Shown: positions 47,707 to 61,847 of the stretch, piece by piece
Numbering within the stretch: position 1 is the stretch's first letter
Layout: every line of letters begins with the position of its first letter
From: Botryllus schlosseri
Lineage: Eukaryota
Direction of reading: 5' to 3'
Assembly (NCBI GenBank): GCA_051294905.1
Contig: CM119371.1
Span: 2,296,001 to 2,360,000, forward strand
Length of the DNA: 64,000 nucleotides
The notes under the pieces: model-generated
The model's input: only the letters and a program-made list of their open reading frames with translations
Databases searched by the model: none
What the model was told of the DNA's origin: nothing
Translations under genes and position numbers: made by a program

Positions 47707-50700
47707 ACTGTCCTAGTCCAATGGTTTTCAAGCGCATCCCACTCATCTTGATAAAATAACAAATGACCAACTAGTGATTTTTGAATCCTAATGCACATCC
47801 TCTAATGCACAATTGCGCATCCTATCTACGTTCCTTTCTTGTTCTGAAAGATATATTGTGTACCGGGCTGCTGTGATTAGGATTGAAGCTTTTATAATTC
47901 GAGTTATGTTATCTGCTACATGACTAAAATACACCGTGTCCACATGCAAACTGTGTTTATTTATACAGACAGAGATAGGAGGCAGTGTTGGTTTATAAAA
48001 CATCTCAACTACGGATAGATCGTCATCACATAATTGTACATAACGCATAAATAGCAGACGGATGTGGTTAGCAATATATGGCAGATTCTTAAACGCATAT
48101 GACACGGTTGTAATGACTCGAGTGCTGACTGGACTTGAGTCGCGAAATTATAGTGACTAGACTTGACTCGAGTCACTTCTAACATATGGAATATGACTCG
48201 ACCTGTACTCGAGTCATTGCGCATGACTCGACCAAGTCATAAAACTCGAGACTAGGACGGCCAGACATGCATATCGTTATAGCTTCGAAGAATAGTAAGC
48301 AACCACATAATGAAATATCAATCAAACGTATTTGTAAAAACTTAAGTTGAACTGGATTGAGTTGGATAATGAACTGGGAACACCACGACTTGGACTCAGA
48401 CTCCAGCCTCAACAATGTGAATCGGACTTGAGCTTTTGAACACTGGCTATGACACTAACATGACTCGGTGGTCAATTGAAAATGAATTGACTTGACTCAA
48501 AACCATTAAAGTCGAATCGACTTGCGACACGGGACCTTGTTACAACCCTGGGATATGGTAATGTTTTATAGCTTATGGCCCAAGTGCCAAATTTATGAAA
48601 AGCGGCTTTACACGAAAGCTACTGCCGCGCTGATTTCGAAAGAAAAAATAATAATCTGGTCAGGGTCCTGTGATTCACTCAAAACTACCCTAACATCGGT
48701 AAAAATCGACATGGTGTAGCAGCAACAAAATGATCACAAAATGACCTAAGATGGCGTTCAAATTGTTCGTTACAAAGCACGAATTCAAGGGTTGTAACCA
48801 AGTCGTAAGTTTCCGAGTCCCAAGTCAATCTTAACTTTTATAGTTTTGACTGGAGTGAGTCGAGTCATTATCAATTCATCACCGCCTCGAGTTTGAGTCG
48901 TGGTGCAGAGGGATGAGTCCGTGTCCAAGTCATTGTGTTCAGTGTTGAGTCTTGAGTTAAAGTCAGGTTCAGCCTAATTATTTACAACTCTGCTTGGATG
49001 ATATCGAATGCCAGGTGTTCATAATATGCTGATTTTCATCATTCTTAACAATTTTTGGTCCTCATTTTATGTACGGGTACTGATAGACAAAATACCAATA
49101 ATATGGAACTTTACTTTTTTAAGTTGCAATGAACGCCGTTTCGGCTGATTGAGTTTTGAGTCATGTGACTTGGTCGAGTCATACGCAATGACTCGAGTCA
49201 TTGTCAGCATGTAAGAAATTGACTCGGGTTAGTCGAGTCACCCACAAATCTCGACTCGAGTTATTCCTTAGTTTATATGTTGTCAAACCGTGCAGATACG
49301 TGCCGTGCATGTATCAGTAGGTTAGTTGTGTATAGCGTCGGTAGAAAGGGACAACTCCCAAACCAGTCGCACTTGGAGCCATTTTTTTGCGGGTGCGTTT
49401 TTCAATTACTATTTACTGGAAAAGGCGCGAGCGTATTTCTAAACGAGATTGCCAAATAATCTGTGTTTGCCAGTAGCGTTCTCCTTTGATTTCTTGACCT
49501 CTCCCGCGAAAACTGTCTCTTCTTGCTTGCCTTTTGCACTCAATTGTTTTTCGTGACTTTCCGCAGCTCGGTGTCACTGTGGAGTTTTCTGCTACGAGGC
49601 ACTTGTACCACAATCTTGCTCATTTTGGTTTCGTATGATTCATCTACGCTGGCTGTCGCACTGAATTTGCCTTGAAACGGAAGTATAGTCGCATATGAGG
49701 AATATGTAGATCGAATGTTTTTCCCCATCCTGCAATCCATAGTGTTGTAACGTTCTTTGTCTTTTCATGTGAGCGACTGAATATTCCTCTTGAAACTTTA
49801 CGCTGTCCTTTGATCCCGAGAGCTTCCCTAAAAGGTAGGAATTGGTTGATTAGCGAGAGAACAACAGCCTCGTATCACAGTAACATGATATATTTTCTAT
49901 AAGCTAGCACTCATTATTGGGCTAGGTACAATGGTCAGAGGAGTCGCATCTGAAATCAGTATTAACCTTACTAATTTGAGTCAACTAGAGAAATGATTTG
50001 TCTCTTTAACAATATGGCTGTGCAGAATCGAGTACGTGAGTGATACGATACTCAATCACACATTAGGCTTCGAGTCCATTGGAGTATTCAAGTATCACTC
50101 ATTATGACGAAATACCAGTATGTACGAAGTCAAAGTTCATATATATACCTTTTACGCTATTACAAAGAATATAATGTCTGTACTTTGATATTTTACAAGA
50201 CCTCCATCATTGAACTTTGTGACAATGCTGTGGGATGATCACGACTTCAGAAATATATTAATTCCAATAACATTTGTAGCTTTTTACTACATGTTCTGTA
50301 GGCTCCGATACGACCAGTCGAGGTTTCAATGTTCGCACAGTAGAAAATACCGTCAAAAGTGTGATTCTCGTTATTCAATTACATTTCATTGGCAAGGAGC
50401 GTCTATTATCAGCACTCCCAAAATTTCACTACTCGACTCGAATCATTAGATATATTGATCGAAGCAGATTCAAATATTCACATCATTGTGCCCAGCCCTA
50501 CTATGCCCGATGTGTGGAATTTAATAACTAAAATTATCGTCTCGATCGTGTTTCCACTGTGGAAGCCTTGGAACTGTATTCGTCATTTAACAACATACAA
50601 AAGTTGTTGTACAAAACTATGTTAGCGGAAATGAAATATTTGTAAACCCGCAGCATTTGCAATGAAATAGCCATGGTCGACAAAAACATACTATTTTTAA

Positions 50701-50883
50701 TATGACGTGGAACCGGCATTATATTCTTTGAGGTTGCATGAAAGGTACATATTTGCACTTTCCACAGTTCCAATACCCCTATGATGTCATAAGTGATGGT
50801 ACTTGACTCGACGCCTACTATTCGATTCACAATCAAATCACTCAGGCACTCGATTTGCACAACCCTACCAATGAATAGGCTAC

Positions 50884-51271
50884 TACAAGGAGATTGTCAG
50901 TGGTCATCAACTCTCACAAAACATCATGTTTCAATAATGAGTGGCATTATCTCAAAATCTATTCGGGTGGCCAACAAGTTCTAAATCACATTAAGAGCGT
51001 ATTCTTTCACCTACTATTTCAGGCTTCACCGAGTATAATATGATTGGCTGGTATGCAGACTTGTACAAGCAACCGATCTAGTCAGTTGACGGTCAACTAA
51101 CAACTGACTAGTTGCCAACAACTAGAAAACTTGCGTCATCGTTTGACGTGAATCGTGATGCCGGCGTTTTATTGTGTGATGTTCTTGCAGCCATTTCTAC
51201 CTCAGAATCATCACTGCAGAGACCGGCGTGGCCAGGCTGTTGAGAGTTCACAGTCCCCCCATTTCAACTAG
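50884..51271. repeat. Local duplication of about 54115-54566
   Basis: Collinear similarity from TACAAGGAGATTGTCAG to CCCATTTCAACTAG, including a shared MITE insertion. Confidence 0.85.
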
Positions 51272-51755
51272 GACAAACTACTGCGTAAGGACAGACAGTT
51301 CCAAACAGAAGTGAAGATAAGTAGTGCAATTCCAACGTTATGTGGGAAAACACCTAGTTTGTATATGATAGGTCAAATTTGTACAAAATTAGGATTTTTT
51401 AGGTCAAAAAATGTTAAAGTTTTGAATTTTTAGGTCAAAATCTTTGGTTCTTTAGGTAAAAGAATCACCGTAGTCAAAACCATTCATGTCATCAAACTCT
51501 CCGTTGGGACTGCCAGCATTCTGATTCCATTTGTGACATGACAATAATGGGGGCGCGAAATTTTTCACTATCAAAAAGAGGGGCGCGTCAAAGAAAATTT
51601 GAGAACCGCTGTTCTAAATCTAATTGAAGTTGCGGGTTTTGCAAAGAGAGTACAGATTTTCGAAATCCAGTAGTTTGTTAAAGTCTGGGTACAGCACCTG
51701 AATAGTGGTTTAAAAGTACGGTAAGCATGAACGAGTCAACCAACGTTTTCCTTAC

Positions 51756-51857
51756 CATTCAGCGAATCGATACAATTTGCCACTTTGTCGGAAGTGAGGT
51801 CTTGAATTGGACGAAAGCACATTCCTTGGACATGCCAATGGTGGAATTGACGGCGAT
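51756..51857 (-). pseudogene. Extra RBM28-like RRM3 RNP1 exon (second copy)
   Basis: ttcag|ATC...ATG|gtaagg; IAVNSTIGMSKECAFVQFKTS..DKVANCIDSLN with one frameshift; homologous to part of 62462-62209. Confidence 0.75.
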
Positions 51858-53509
51858 CTGAATATAAGATGCCAAAAATGTGACGGCAACCTATTGAAAT
51901 CTATGAATATGTGCAAAAAAATAGTGTACTTGCATCTGAGATCTGATGACCATACGTACAACACATTTGATATCAAAAAGGAAGAAATAAGTTTCTCATT
52001 AAATTAAAGTTTTTGATATTTGCCTTCGACTTCCACACACTTGCCACAAACAAATTTTGAATTCATTTACATGTTTGGATGACGGATATAGAGCAGTGGT
52101 CGGCAACCTCTGGTTCATGACCCCAAGTGGGGTCACCCTAACTTTTCCTGGCTTCGCCATGACTCAACTTATCTATCACTGTTTCAATTCAACAGTGAAA
52201 ATCTACTAATAGCTTTATGTTCTTGTTCTATGTTCACTGTTCAGTTTAGTTACAGTAAGTAGGCGTGCAGTACTGGCGTTCAACGGACGATGTTCAGCCA
52301 GATTGCTTTGTGTCTGAAGCTAGCTTAAAATTGCTTTCACCTTATCATATTTGTCAGTTGATCAAACTGATACTGAGATGGCAACCATTAAATATTGAGG
52401 CAAAGCTATCCATAGCAGCAAGTTTCCACCTCCCATATGCAAGCGCATTTGTGAAAGCACAGCCTGCCGTAGTGGTCTGGCGGACAGTGTTGAAATGACT
52501 CGGGTTATGTCTTGAGTCGAGTCAGACTCAAGTCACCTTTTTGGTGCTAGGTGATAACCTTAACCAAATCACTTATTTGATCTAGCATTCAGAATTGAAT
52601 TCGAATATACTTTACAAGTTTATATTACTAGTCAAGCATTGGCGTAAGCCTAATTTATATCTCATGGATATGTAGTTAGGTAATGCTTCATATCAATTCG
52701 TTTCCGCTATCGAAGGATTTGTGTTCACTATTTTGGCGGATAAATTAATGACTGCGGGTGTACAATAGCTACTTCGTTTGACAGTACTATGCATTTGGGT
52801 GGTATACAACGCATTTTCCATGTATATTCATCTCTATATTCATCCCTCGGCTTAAAATAAATGGCGACTCAATCTGAATTTCGAACAGGTAGTAAAATGC
52901 AATGTGATGCCTTGTACTTCGAAAAGACAAATTGACTTGAATTGTGACTCGACTTGACTCGAGCCAAAATGCGCAATGAATCAAGATGACTTGTGACTCG
53001 AAGGTAGTGACTTGATCCCAACACTGCTGGCTGAAGAGAGAGACATGGGATATTTTGCATCATTTACCCATGTCTCAGCAACTACATGATACTACAATAG
53101 AGTTGTGCCACACACAGATGGATAGCTTCGCGCAGCATAGAGGCAACTGGAATGGAACATGGCGGTATTTAAAAATCATTTATTTGCAGATCCATTATGG
53201 TAGTGTTCTGAAAAAAATGGCTACAACCAAAATTTTTTCCACAATTGTATGTTTAATTTGATAGTACATCATCTTTAGAGCGCAGCGACAATTGAAAACA
53301 ATATTTTGGAATATTTTTGTACCACAACATTTCTCAATAACCGTTAAACATTTTTCCCTATCGAAAACAAAATGAGGTCGCACGTAAATGCTGGTTTTAT
53401 TTTCGTTTTAATTGGGGTCACCCATTATAAAGTTGCCGACCGGTGGTCTAGAGTAGGTCAGCCCCACAATACTGACAATTGTTTTGGCTGAATATTGGAC
53501 CGCACATAC

Positions 53510-53654
53510 CTGGTCGTACGAGTCCGTCCCTGCCGAGATACAAATTCCACTTGCAATCCTTCTCCTTCTTTTGCTTCTTCTGTTGATTTATCATCCTTTC
53601 ACGTCAGCTCGCAGCTTGATTAACTCCAATGTCATTCCCGTCCAGGTTGTTGCC
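53510..53654 (-). pseudogene. Extra RBM28-like exon (duplicate of 61159-61010)
   Basis: LDGNDIGVNQAAS*RE...KDCKWNLYLGRDGLVRP|gtatgt; the flanking intron sequence GGTCTAGAGTAGGTCAGC.CCACAATACTGA is shared with about 60947-60977. Confidence 0.8.
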
Positions 53655-56600
53655 ATGCAATGGTAGTCAGATAGTCGCAAATATGCTTACAGACAGACTT
53701 GTAAAATAGGGGGGACTTATTTTCAAATTTCATCGGCTTTATTGTCAAATCGTCAGGTTACCTTAAAAACCTTGGACAACTAATTTGACTCCATTACAAC
53801 CAGTAGATGCCGAGGTCAGTCAAATTGGTCATTTTTTATTAGTAGTATTTACGGTGACCAATTTCGTCATACCGAAATGACCCAAAATCATATTCCAGGT
53901 ATGCCTGAAGAGGCAGGAATGTCTTTTCCACTTGTTTTGATCTTGACAAGGGCATGTGGCGGAGTTTGGATGAAGACATCGCCAGTAAACGAAAAAAGAT
54001 ATGACATGGCATTAGCTGGATATTAGTCCACGTCACTGAAATAGACACGTTAAAAATCAATTCATGGTCGAGTCACTCAGGTATGCTTGATTTTGACAAC
54101 GCTACTCATGAGTAGTACAAGGAGATTGTCAGCGGTCATCAACTCTCACAAAACATCATTATTCAATAATGAGTGGCAGCATCTCTAAATCTATTCGGGT
54201 GGCCAACAACTACAAACCCCTTATGAGTCTATTTTTTCACATACTTTTTCAGGCCCCGCCGAGTATAATATTATTTACTGGTATGCAGACTTGTGTAAGC
54301 TACCAATCTGGATAGTTGAAGGTCAACTAAAAACTGTTTGTTTGATTAGTTTGATTTGTGGATTTTGAAAAGTGAGTAGTTTTAGTTACAGTAGCGCATT
54401 AAAACACTAGTTGCTAATAACTGGAAAACTCACGTCATCGTTTTCCTGAATCGTGATACCGTCTTTGTGTTGTGTGATGTTCTTGCAGCCATTTCTAGCT
54501 CAGAGTCATCACTACAGAGACTGCCGTAGGGGTGTTAGGGGTAGAAAGCCTTCCCATTTCAACTAGAAACCCTTACTTTTAGAAGTGACGATTCTGTATC
54601 TAATATTTCCTATCTCGTTAGCGATTCAGTAATTTGTATTATCAGTGCTGCCAATTATCGACAATCGACAGTGCATAGCGGTATGCGATCTCGTTAGTTA
54701 GTTGCAGAGCTTTAATGGTCGTGGTTCCAGTTACGCATCTCGAACACCCAGCAGTTTGTGGGAGTTGTTGGTATATATTATTTTAGGAAGTGGGTAGAGT
54801 TTTATCATTGGCCGAATGATTATGATCAAGTGTTGTAAAAGAAAAATGATACCATAAATTGAAACAGAAAACGAGAAAAGGTAATGTCAAAGTCACAAAA
54901 TGTCTGCTTTGCTTGCAGTTTTACCTGTTTTCCAATGAAATTCAACCATGGGCCTCTTGATCGGTACGAAGATGCCAGGATTGTCATCAAAACTTTTCGT
55001 AGCTTTCCAAGCGTGCTCGTGCTTGGCGATGTTAATGAATGCGTATCAGAGCGGTCTTCCGACTCCATCTTTGTTGAAAGTCTTCTCGTGAATCCATGAT
55101 ATCTGCACCATATCGATCTTTGAATTGGGACAGGAGAAGCTCCTGAAAATATAATGGAATCAGTTTATTGAAGTGCTCCTCAGAGTAAACGAGTTAGTCA
55201 CACAAAACGGCTACAGACAAAATATAGAACAGCGCTTCTCTACTTTATCAGCTTGTGTAACGGTAAAATTTCAAAAAATCAAGATCAACACAGAATGTAA
55301 TGACGACAACATCATGCAATTTGAAACCAATAATCTTAACATTAATCAAATGAGAAATTTGCTACTGTCCGTTTGATATCACACCTGTTATATCAGGTCT
55401 CATTGAAGCTTCTGAGAGACGGGATAAAACCAACAACTCACTTTTGACCATTAGTTGTATTTTGGAAGAAACGCCGACCAAATGTTTGCCAGATATATAA
55501 TACTGTCAAACATCGCTAATTTGGTATTTTAGAATGTCCTCACATTTCGGAACGTATTTATGACTCATGACTGGTCTTTAACGAGTTGTAGGCTACTTTC
55601 AAACATAGTACAGCACTTGAAGCATTGTTCGATGAATACTTCCAGGTTAGCATAAGGTATCGCCGGGTTAGAAAAGGTTAAGAATAACTGCTCTAGGCAT
55701 TTAGTATACTACCTTGATGATAGCACTTCATAGAACACACACATATTTCAGCAGAGAAGTTGTGTCCAGTGATAATCTGTTTAACAATAGACTTGTGTCA
55801 TAGCTATGAATGGAAATTATTAACATGACGGATCGAATACTCTCAACTGATGCTACTTTTTCGAGGTACTTATGCGAGGACAGTGGTTCTTAACCTTTAC
55901 TTACCCGGTGAACCGTTACATTAATCTAAAAGCATTTGGAGAACCCCATATTTTCGGCAAGTCAGTGATAAGCTACCAGGTAAGACATCTAATACACTAC
56001 CGTACTATAGAATACTGGTCCACTGAATCAACTTTGCATTACCATCACTGTTGAAGGAAAAAAAACACATAACGTGATCACCCAACATATATTACCGTAA
56101 ATGATTGAGACTTCTGCTGTGAGTCTGGTTCAGAATGACTTGGACAACTAAATAATTTTGGTTGTTTGATTTCACTAATTATAGGAAAATGTCGGTAATA
56201 TAATTCTGACATAATTAGTGAAATTTTTCTGTGTTCTAATTCTAATCCGATTTCTTAATTCTAATGTATTTTCTGGTTCATCCAGAATTGCTACAGGAGA
56301 ACTGTACCGTGCAAGACAAGTCGAGCATAGTATACAGACATTTGACAGCGTCATGCTTATGAGAATAAGGTCTGATCTGATATGAACTGGACTTTATTCC
56401 ATGTCCAAGCTATTGCAAATTGAGTAATTCTAATTACAATCTAATTTGGTAAAACTGTGTAACTATGTAACTTGAAGTCTTGTCTAATTCGAATTCTAGT
56501 CTAATTTGGAGAAAAAATGTGCAGCTTTAAATCTAATTCTAGTCTAATTTCGAAAACCTGAAAATAATGTAGTTGTCCAAGTTTGGCCCATGAAAAAACC

Positions 56601-57496
56601 TGGGGTAATCGTATGAACCTCGGTTAGTAGGCAGCGTTCCAAGGTAAAATAAAAAGCATGGTAACAGTTGTGATTCTGACATACCTCCAACTTTTTACCG
56701 TTCACACTTCTAGGAAGATTGTCAAAATAAAGTCAAGTTGCAGAGAGACATTATGATTTTTTCTGTTTGGCCCGTTTGGCATTGTTGATCTTTTCACGTT
56801 TCTTCCATTCTATTGCGTTGAGACCTTCCGCGGCTCGCGTTCCTACACAAAAAAACACAGCCGGTCGGTGTAGTCAGCATTGCAATTTACTACAAGTGTT
56901 AATCGGATGTGGCTACTTTCGAAGTAGATTCGCGGTTAGAGCAAAATGATTCCCACAATGCACAGGAAGAATCTTGGAAACCATTTTCAACTACAACGAC
57001 ACAGGGGACTGTAACTCGTTAAAAATAAGTGTTGTAACTTATCTCAAAACTACTCTGTAGTTTTCAAAATCAAAATGCAATAGTAAGTACCGTAGTTTGG
57101 TCGTGAAGTAGAAATGGAAGTAGTCATAACATAACCAATTTAATTAGTTACCGTTATACTGAGCAAAACATACTAAAAAGTTTTAGGAATCAAAATGGAA
57201 TCAAATGCCATCCAAGCGGAAGCAGTAATCTTCACAGCAAACATAAACTTCATGTTGAGTGATAATGAGCTATCAAAGTTGGTATATAATAGTTGCAAGA
57301 ATTAGCTAAAATAGTTGAAAATCACTGGGTGATATGAACTCAAACGGGAACTGTACCGCTCGGATACTATGATGATTAATTATGATAAAAATGTACGAGA
57401 ATGGGTCTTTGATATAAATGTGTTACGTGATACCATGCCATAGACTGCAGGTCTGTCAGATATAATACAATTTTATGCATCGATACGCTTGTGCAG

Positions 57497-58110
57497 TAGG
57501 GCTGTTCAAAAATGACCTTTTTTCCTGAATCTTGCGGGTTACTTGATTAAATCGTTAGGTTGCCTTAATAAACGACGCACACCAAATTTGAATTCATTCC
57601 AACCAATATTCGCGGATTTCGTAGAGTTTGAAAATTTTGAATTTGCCTTAAAATGCAAAAAAAAAATCTCAAATTTTTCTGCCAACCCCATGAAATTGTT
57701 GCGCTGTCTTCAGAAACGATGCAAAACAAATTTGACTCAATTCGAAGCCGTAGAAGTGGAGTTATTTCAGTTTTTCTTTGATAATTCTGGGATTATCCTT
57801 GATTGGTGGATCATCCCAGAATTATCATAAAAAAACTTGAATAACTCCGCTTCTGCAGCTTGGAATTGAGTCAAATTTGTTTTCCATCGTTTTTGAAGAC
57901 AGCGCAACAATTTCATATGGTTGGAAGAAAAATTTGAAACATTTTTTTTTGCATTTTTAGGCAAATTCAAAATTTTCAAACTCTACGAAATCCGCGAATA
58001 TTGGTTGGAATGAATTCAAATTTGGTGTGCGTCGTTTATTAAGGCAACCTAACGATTTAATCAAGTAACCCGCAAGATTCAGGAAAAAAGGTCATTTTTG
58101 AACAGCCCTA
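57497..58110. mobile_element. Fully palindromic (hairpin) MITE with TAGGGCTGTTCAAAAATGAC termini
   Basis: Two inverted arms of about 300 bp with a loop of about 9 nt at 57799-57807; TSD degenerate (TTGTGCAG / TA-ATGTGCAG). Confidence 0.92.
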
Positions 58111-58972
58111 TAATGTGCAGTGCTTTTCAACCTTCTTGAACACCATCAGCACTTTTTCTGTAAGATAAATTTCATGGCAACAAACCAACCAAAAATTGTT
58201 ACACAAAAAGAAAATGTAGATACTTAACAAGATTTTGTTTATATGTGCAAGAAGTGCATGCGACTGGTTCAGGCTATTAAATGTCTCATTAAAAATACCA
58301 CTCTATTCCGTAGTTTTGATTTCAACTATAGTGCACTAAACCCTTCTCGGCGAAATAAGTGTTCAGTTTTGTACAAGAACTTCTAGTGCTTGGATATCCG
58401 GGTGTTTATAAGAACCATCCCGCACTCCTATCCACAATACAGCGTCTTTTCCTTGTGCAAAAAAAAAGGTTTCCAACAAAGGTCTCATAACCTTCAGTTC
58501 GTCGAATGGCTGCAAAACCCTTATGTCTGTTTCAATGCTTCTCTCATATAACTTGGAAAGTAAGCTCCAAAACCAACATGAAGAATAAGCACATATGAGC
58601 TGGATACCTTGTGATACGCTGATAAACATTGACCTTGGATATGTAAAAACAATCTGCAAGAAATTCCACAAATTTTACCTGCATATTATCAGACCACTTA
58701 GGTGGCGCGGAGACTCAAAATTATACCATTTGCAACCCATACTTTGAGGAGCCGTGACGGGGACAGAATTTGCTTTACAAAAACTTGCAAGCGTGAGTCT
58801 GTGATGATGGTATGTCTTACTATCTTCGTGCCTCGTGCTAATCGAACCATTTTTACGAAAATATAATGATTTTCCAGAGAATCAAAGCAGAAAGTCATTT
58901 TTAAGTCATTCATCCCGCATGTCGCAAGCTCAGACTCAGCTGATGTCCTGTAGCCTATACATGCCACTACAC

Positions 58973-60122
58973 TAGGGCTCTTAAAAAATGATTTTTTCTC
59001 AAATCGTACTGGCTATCTGATAAAATTGTTAGGTTACCTAATTTTAGCCTACACACAAAATTTGTTTCAATTCCAGCCAGTAACCGCTTTGCTACAGGAG
59101 AAGTAAGTTTCTATTTATTATATAAAAATGAATATTAAAAAATTTGAAAATTTTTTGTTCACCCCATGAAAGTGTTAGGCTGTCTATAGAAACGATGCTC
59201 CCCAAATTTGGTTCAATTCCAACCAGTGGAAGCGGAGTTATTGCCGTCAAAAATTTGGATTTGAATAAAATAGTATTTACGGTGAGCACAACTATAATAA
59301 ATAAACAAAGAATCGGTCACCGTAAATACTATTTTATTCAAATCCAAATCCAAATATTTGGTTGTATTAAGGTTTGCCTTCTGAGACCAAGTGCTTCAAT
59401 CACTGTTTGCACCGGGAAGAGTATGGTTTCGGCCTTCATATTCCCAAACGAGCACTAACTGAATGGTCATGAGCCAGCAGATGAGTTTCAAATGTGGCAA
59501 GCCGAAAGTCTTGCCAGCTCAAAACAAGATGCTATGAGAAAGCAGTTGGAGGATACGGCCGCAGACGCCCTCCAAATGAACTACTCGCAAGTCTCGCCTC
59601 GATGTACTGTGGGATGTGTGAGAGCAAGCCCACTAGACTCGTCACTACAGCACGACCTGGCGTGGAAAACCAGGTCTGAAGTGCTTGAGCACAGATTTGC
59701 ACTCTAGGAAGGGGTTTTCTCCGAGTACTTCGGTTCCCCTTATTACAAATAGAAGCTAAGTGCGAAAACAGAAACTCCGAAGGCATGAAAAGGGGCCTAA
59801 GGTTAGAGGGTGCTCTGGTTCTACAACCAAAGTACTCATTACCAAAGGGGGTAGGTAGGCTGTGGCCCCTCCAGAACCCATAAAAAATGAGCATCGTTTC
59901 TATAGACAGCCTTACCTACACTTTCATGGGGTGAACAGAAAATTTTCAAATTTTTTATTATTTATTTTCATACAATAAATAGAAATTACTTCTCCTGTAG
60001 CAAAGCGGTTACTGGCTGGAATTGAACCAAATTTTGTGTGTAGACTTAAATTAGGTAACCTAACAATTTTATCAGGTAGCCAGTACGATTTGAGAAAAAA
60101 AAGTCATTTTTGAAGAGCCCTA
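58973..60122. mobile_element. Long-TIR hAT element (TAGGGCTC termini), related to 57497-58110
   Basis: Inverted arms of about 225 bp; perfect 8-bp TSD CACTACAC at 58965-58972 and 60123-60130. Confidence 0.9.
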
Positions 60123-61332
60123 CACTACACCCGGTTTTGTACCAGACTTTTTAGTAGGTAATAAATACAGCGCACAAATAGTAAGTCACTACGGCTGGCG
60201 TGTGACAAAGTTATTGTAAAATATACGGATAGTTCAAACACGTTTTTGCATTTACGTTTCAACGACCAAGGTTATGGAGCCACCGCTCTCGAATTTCCTA
60301 TCAGCTTTATTTGAATTATTCCACGCCAGAACAAGTACGGTGACAATGATTCACTATTTGTATCCGCATTCATCTGCACCACGTCTCTCATCCGCACTGC
60401 AAATTTTTCCATCCCCACTAATGCGTACCATCCCACAGGTTGAAAGGCACTGCGGTACTTCATTTCATGAAGAGCATCAAACTTTTGAATCGATTTATGA
60501 ATTCGTAATGTATTTATCTGCGTCTTGTCCTATCAGAGTTCATGCTCTACTTTGGTATTGGCATACATCACAATTCACAATAATGTAATTGCTGGACCAA
60601 ACTTTTTAAAAGTAACCTACCTCTCAACTACTTGAAGAATATTTATATGTGATTGTGTAACCGAAGAGGACTTGTAAACCAAATTCGTTACATATTGACT
60701 CTACCTTTTGGAGAGATCTGTGAGTATAATGGAGTCTGGAGTTCAGCCCACACCAAAGTTGGTGCTTTTTGAAAAGAAATCCAAGAATCTCAATCAAGTT
60801 AGTGCTTTTTATTTGAGCCACATACAACAAGCGTGATATCAAAAAAGCACTAGCAACTGTCTAATTAAAATGAGCCTCTGATATTAGCTTTCAAGTTGTA
60901 CACTTGCCTTAAATATGTTTTAGGTTAATTTTGATTTTTGATGACTGGTCTAGAGTAGGTCAGCACCACAATACTGAAAAGCTTGTGTTGGATATTTGCC
61001 CTCATGTACCAGGTCGAACGAGACATTACCTGCCGCGATACACATTCCTATTGTCCTAATTTTCATGATTTCGGTTCTTCTGTTGATTGAGAATCCTTTT
61101 CATATCAGTACTGCTCACTGCTTGATACGCTTGAATCTCTTACCTGTACAGGATTTTGTCTGAAATGGCAGCCATAGATTTATTTACAGACAGAGTTGTA
61201 CTAACTACCAATCTAGTTAGTTGGTGATCAACTAACTAAAAATTATTCAGTTAATTCTAGTTGTTGGTTTTGAAAAGCCAGTAGCTCTAGTTCTAGCTCA
61301 TGTTGCGGATTTCATAAGGTTAGTAGTGATAG

Positions 61333-61847
61333 CAGGGTTCTAATGACTCGTCTCGAGTCACGATTTTTGGTGAACCGACTGGACTCGAGTATTTTCTACG
61401 AATGCATAAAATGACTCAAATCGACTCGAGTTATTTTGTGCATTGACTCAACTTGTACCTGAGTCATCATACATGACTAGAACCTAGTCATGTGACTTGA
61501 GACTACGACGGCCAAGACATACATTTCATTGTAACTTCAAAAAATAGTTATGTAATCATATTATTGGTATTTCGGATATCGGTCCTGATACTTGTAAAAT
61601 AGGGTCAGGAACTGTTAGAATTGAGGAAAATTACGATGTTATGAATGCGGGCAATTCTATATCACTAGAGTACAGTTGAAAATGTGGGTTGAATCTGATT
61701 GAGATCAAAACTTAGAAGTGAACACAACGACATGGACTCGGACTTGACTCGATGTTGAATTGAAAATGACTCGACTTGACTCGAGTCAAAACTATAAAAG
61801 TGAAATTGATTTGCGACTCGGATTCTTGTGACTTGGTCACAACCCTG
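61333..61847 (-). mobile_element. GACTCGAGTC-family hAT MITE inserted in a CAGACTTGTACAAAC-family MITE
   Basis: Termini CAGGGTTCTAA / TCACAACCCTG; TSD AGTGATAG/AGTTCTAG; similar copy at about 48103-48550. Confidence 0.75.

Noticed and set aside
53510..53560. Schlafen/AlbA-like motif (NLYLGRDGLV)
   Set aside because: Better explained as the RBM28 RNLYLAREGLIR motif, given the neighbouring exons.
55040..55055. In-frame TGA in RNP1 as selenocysteine or readthrough
   Set aside because: The same exons carry frameshifts and other stops; GGA>TGA and CGA>TGA point mutations in a pseudogene explain them.
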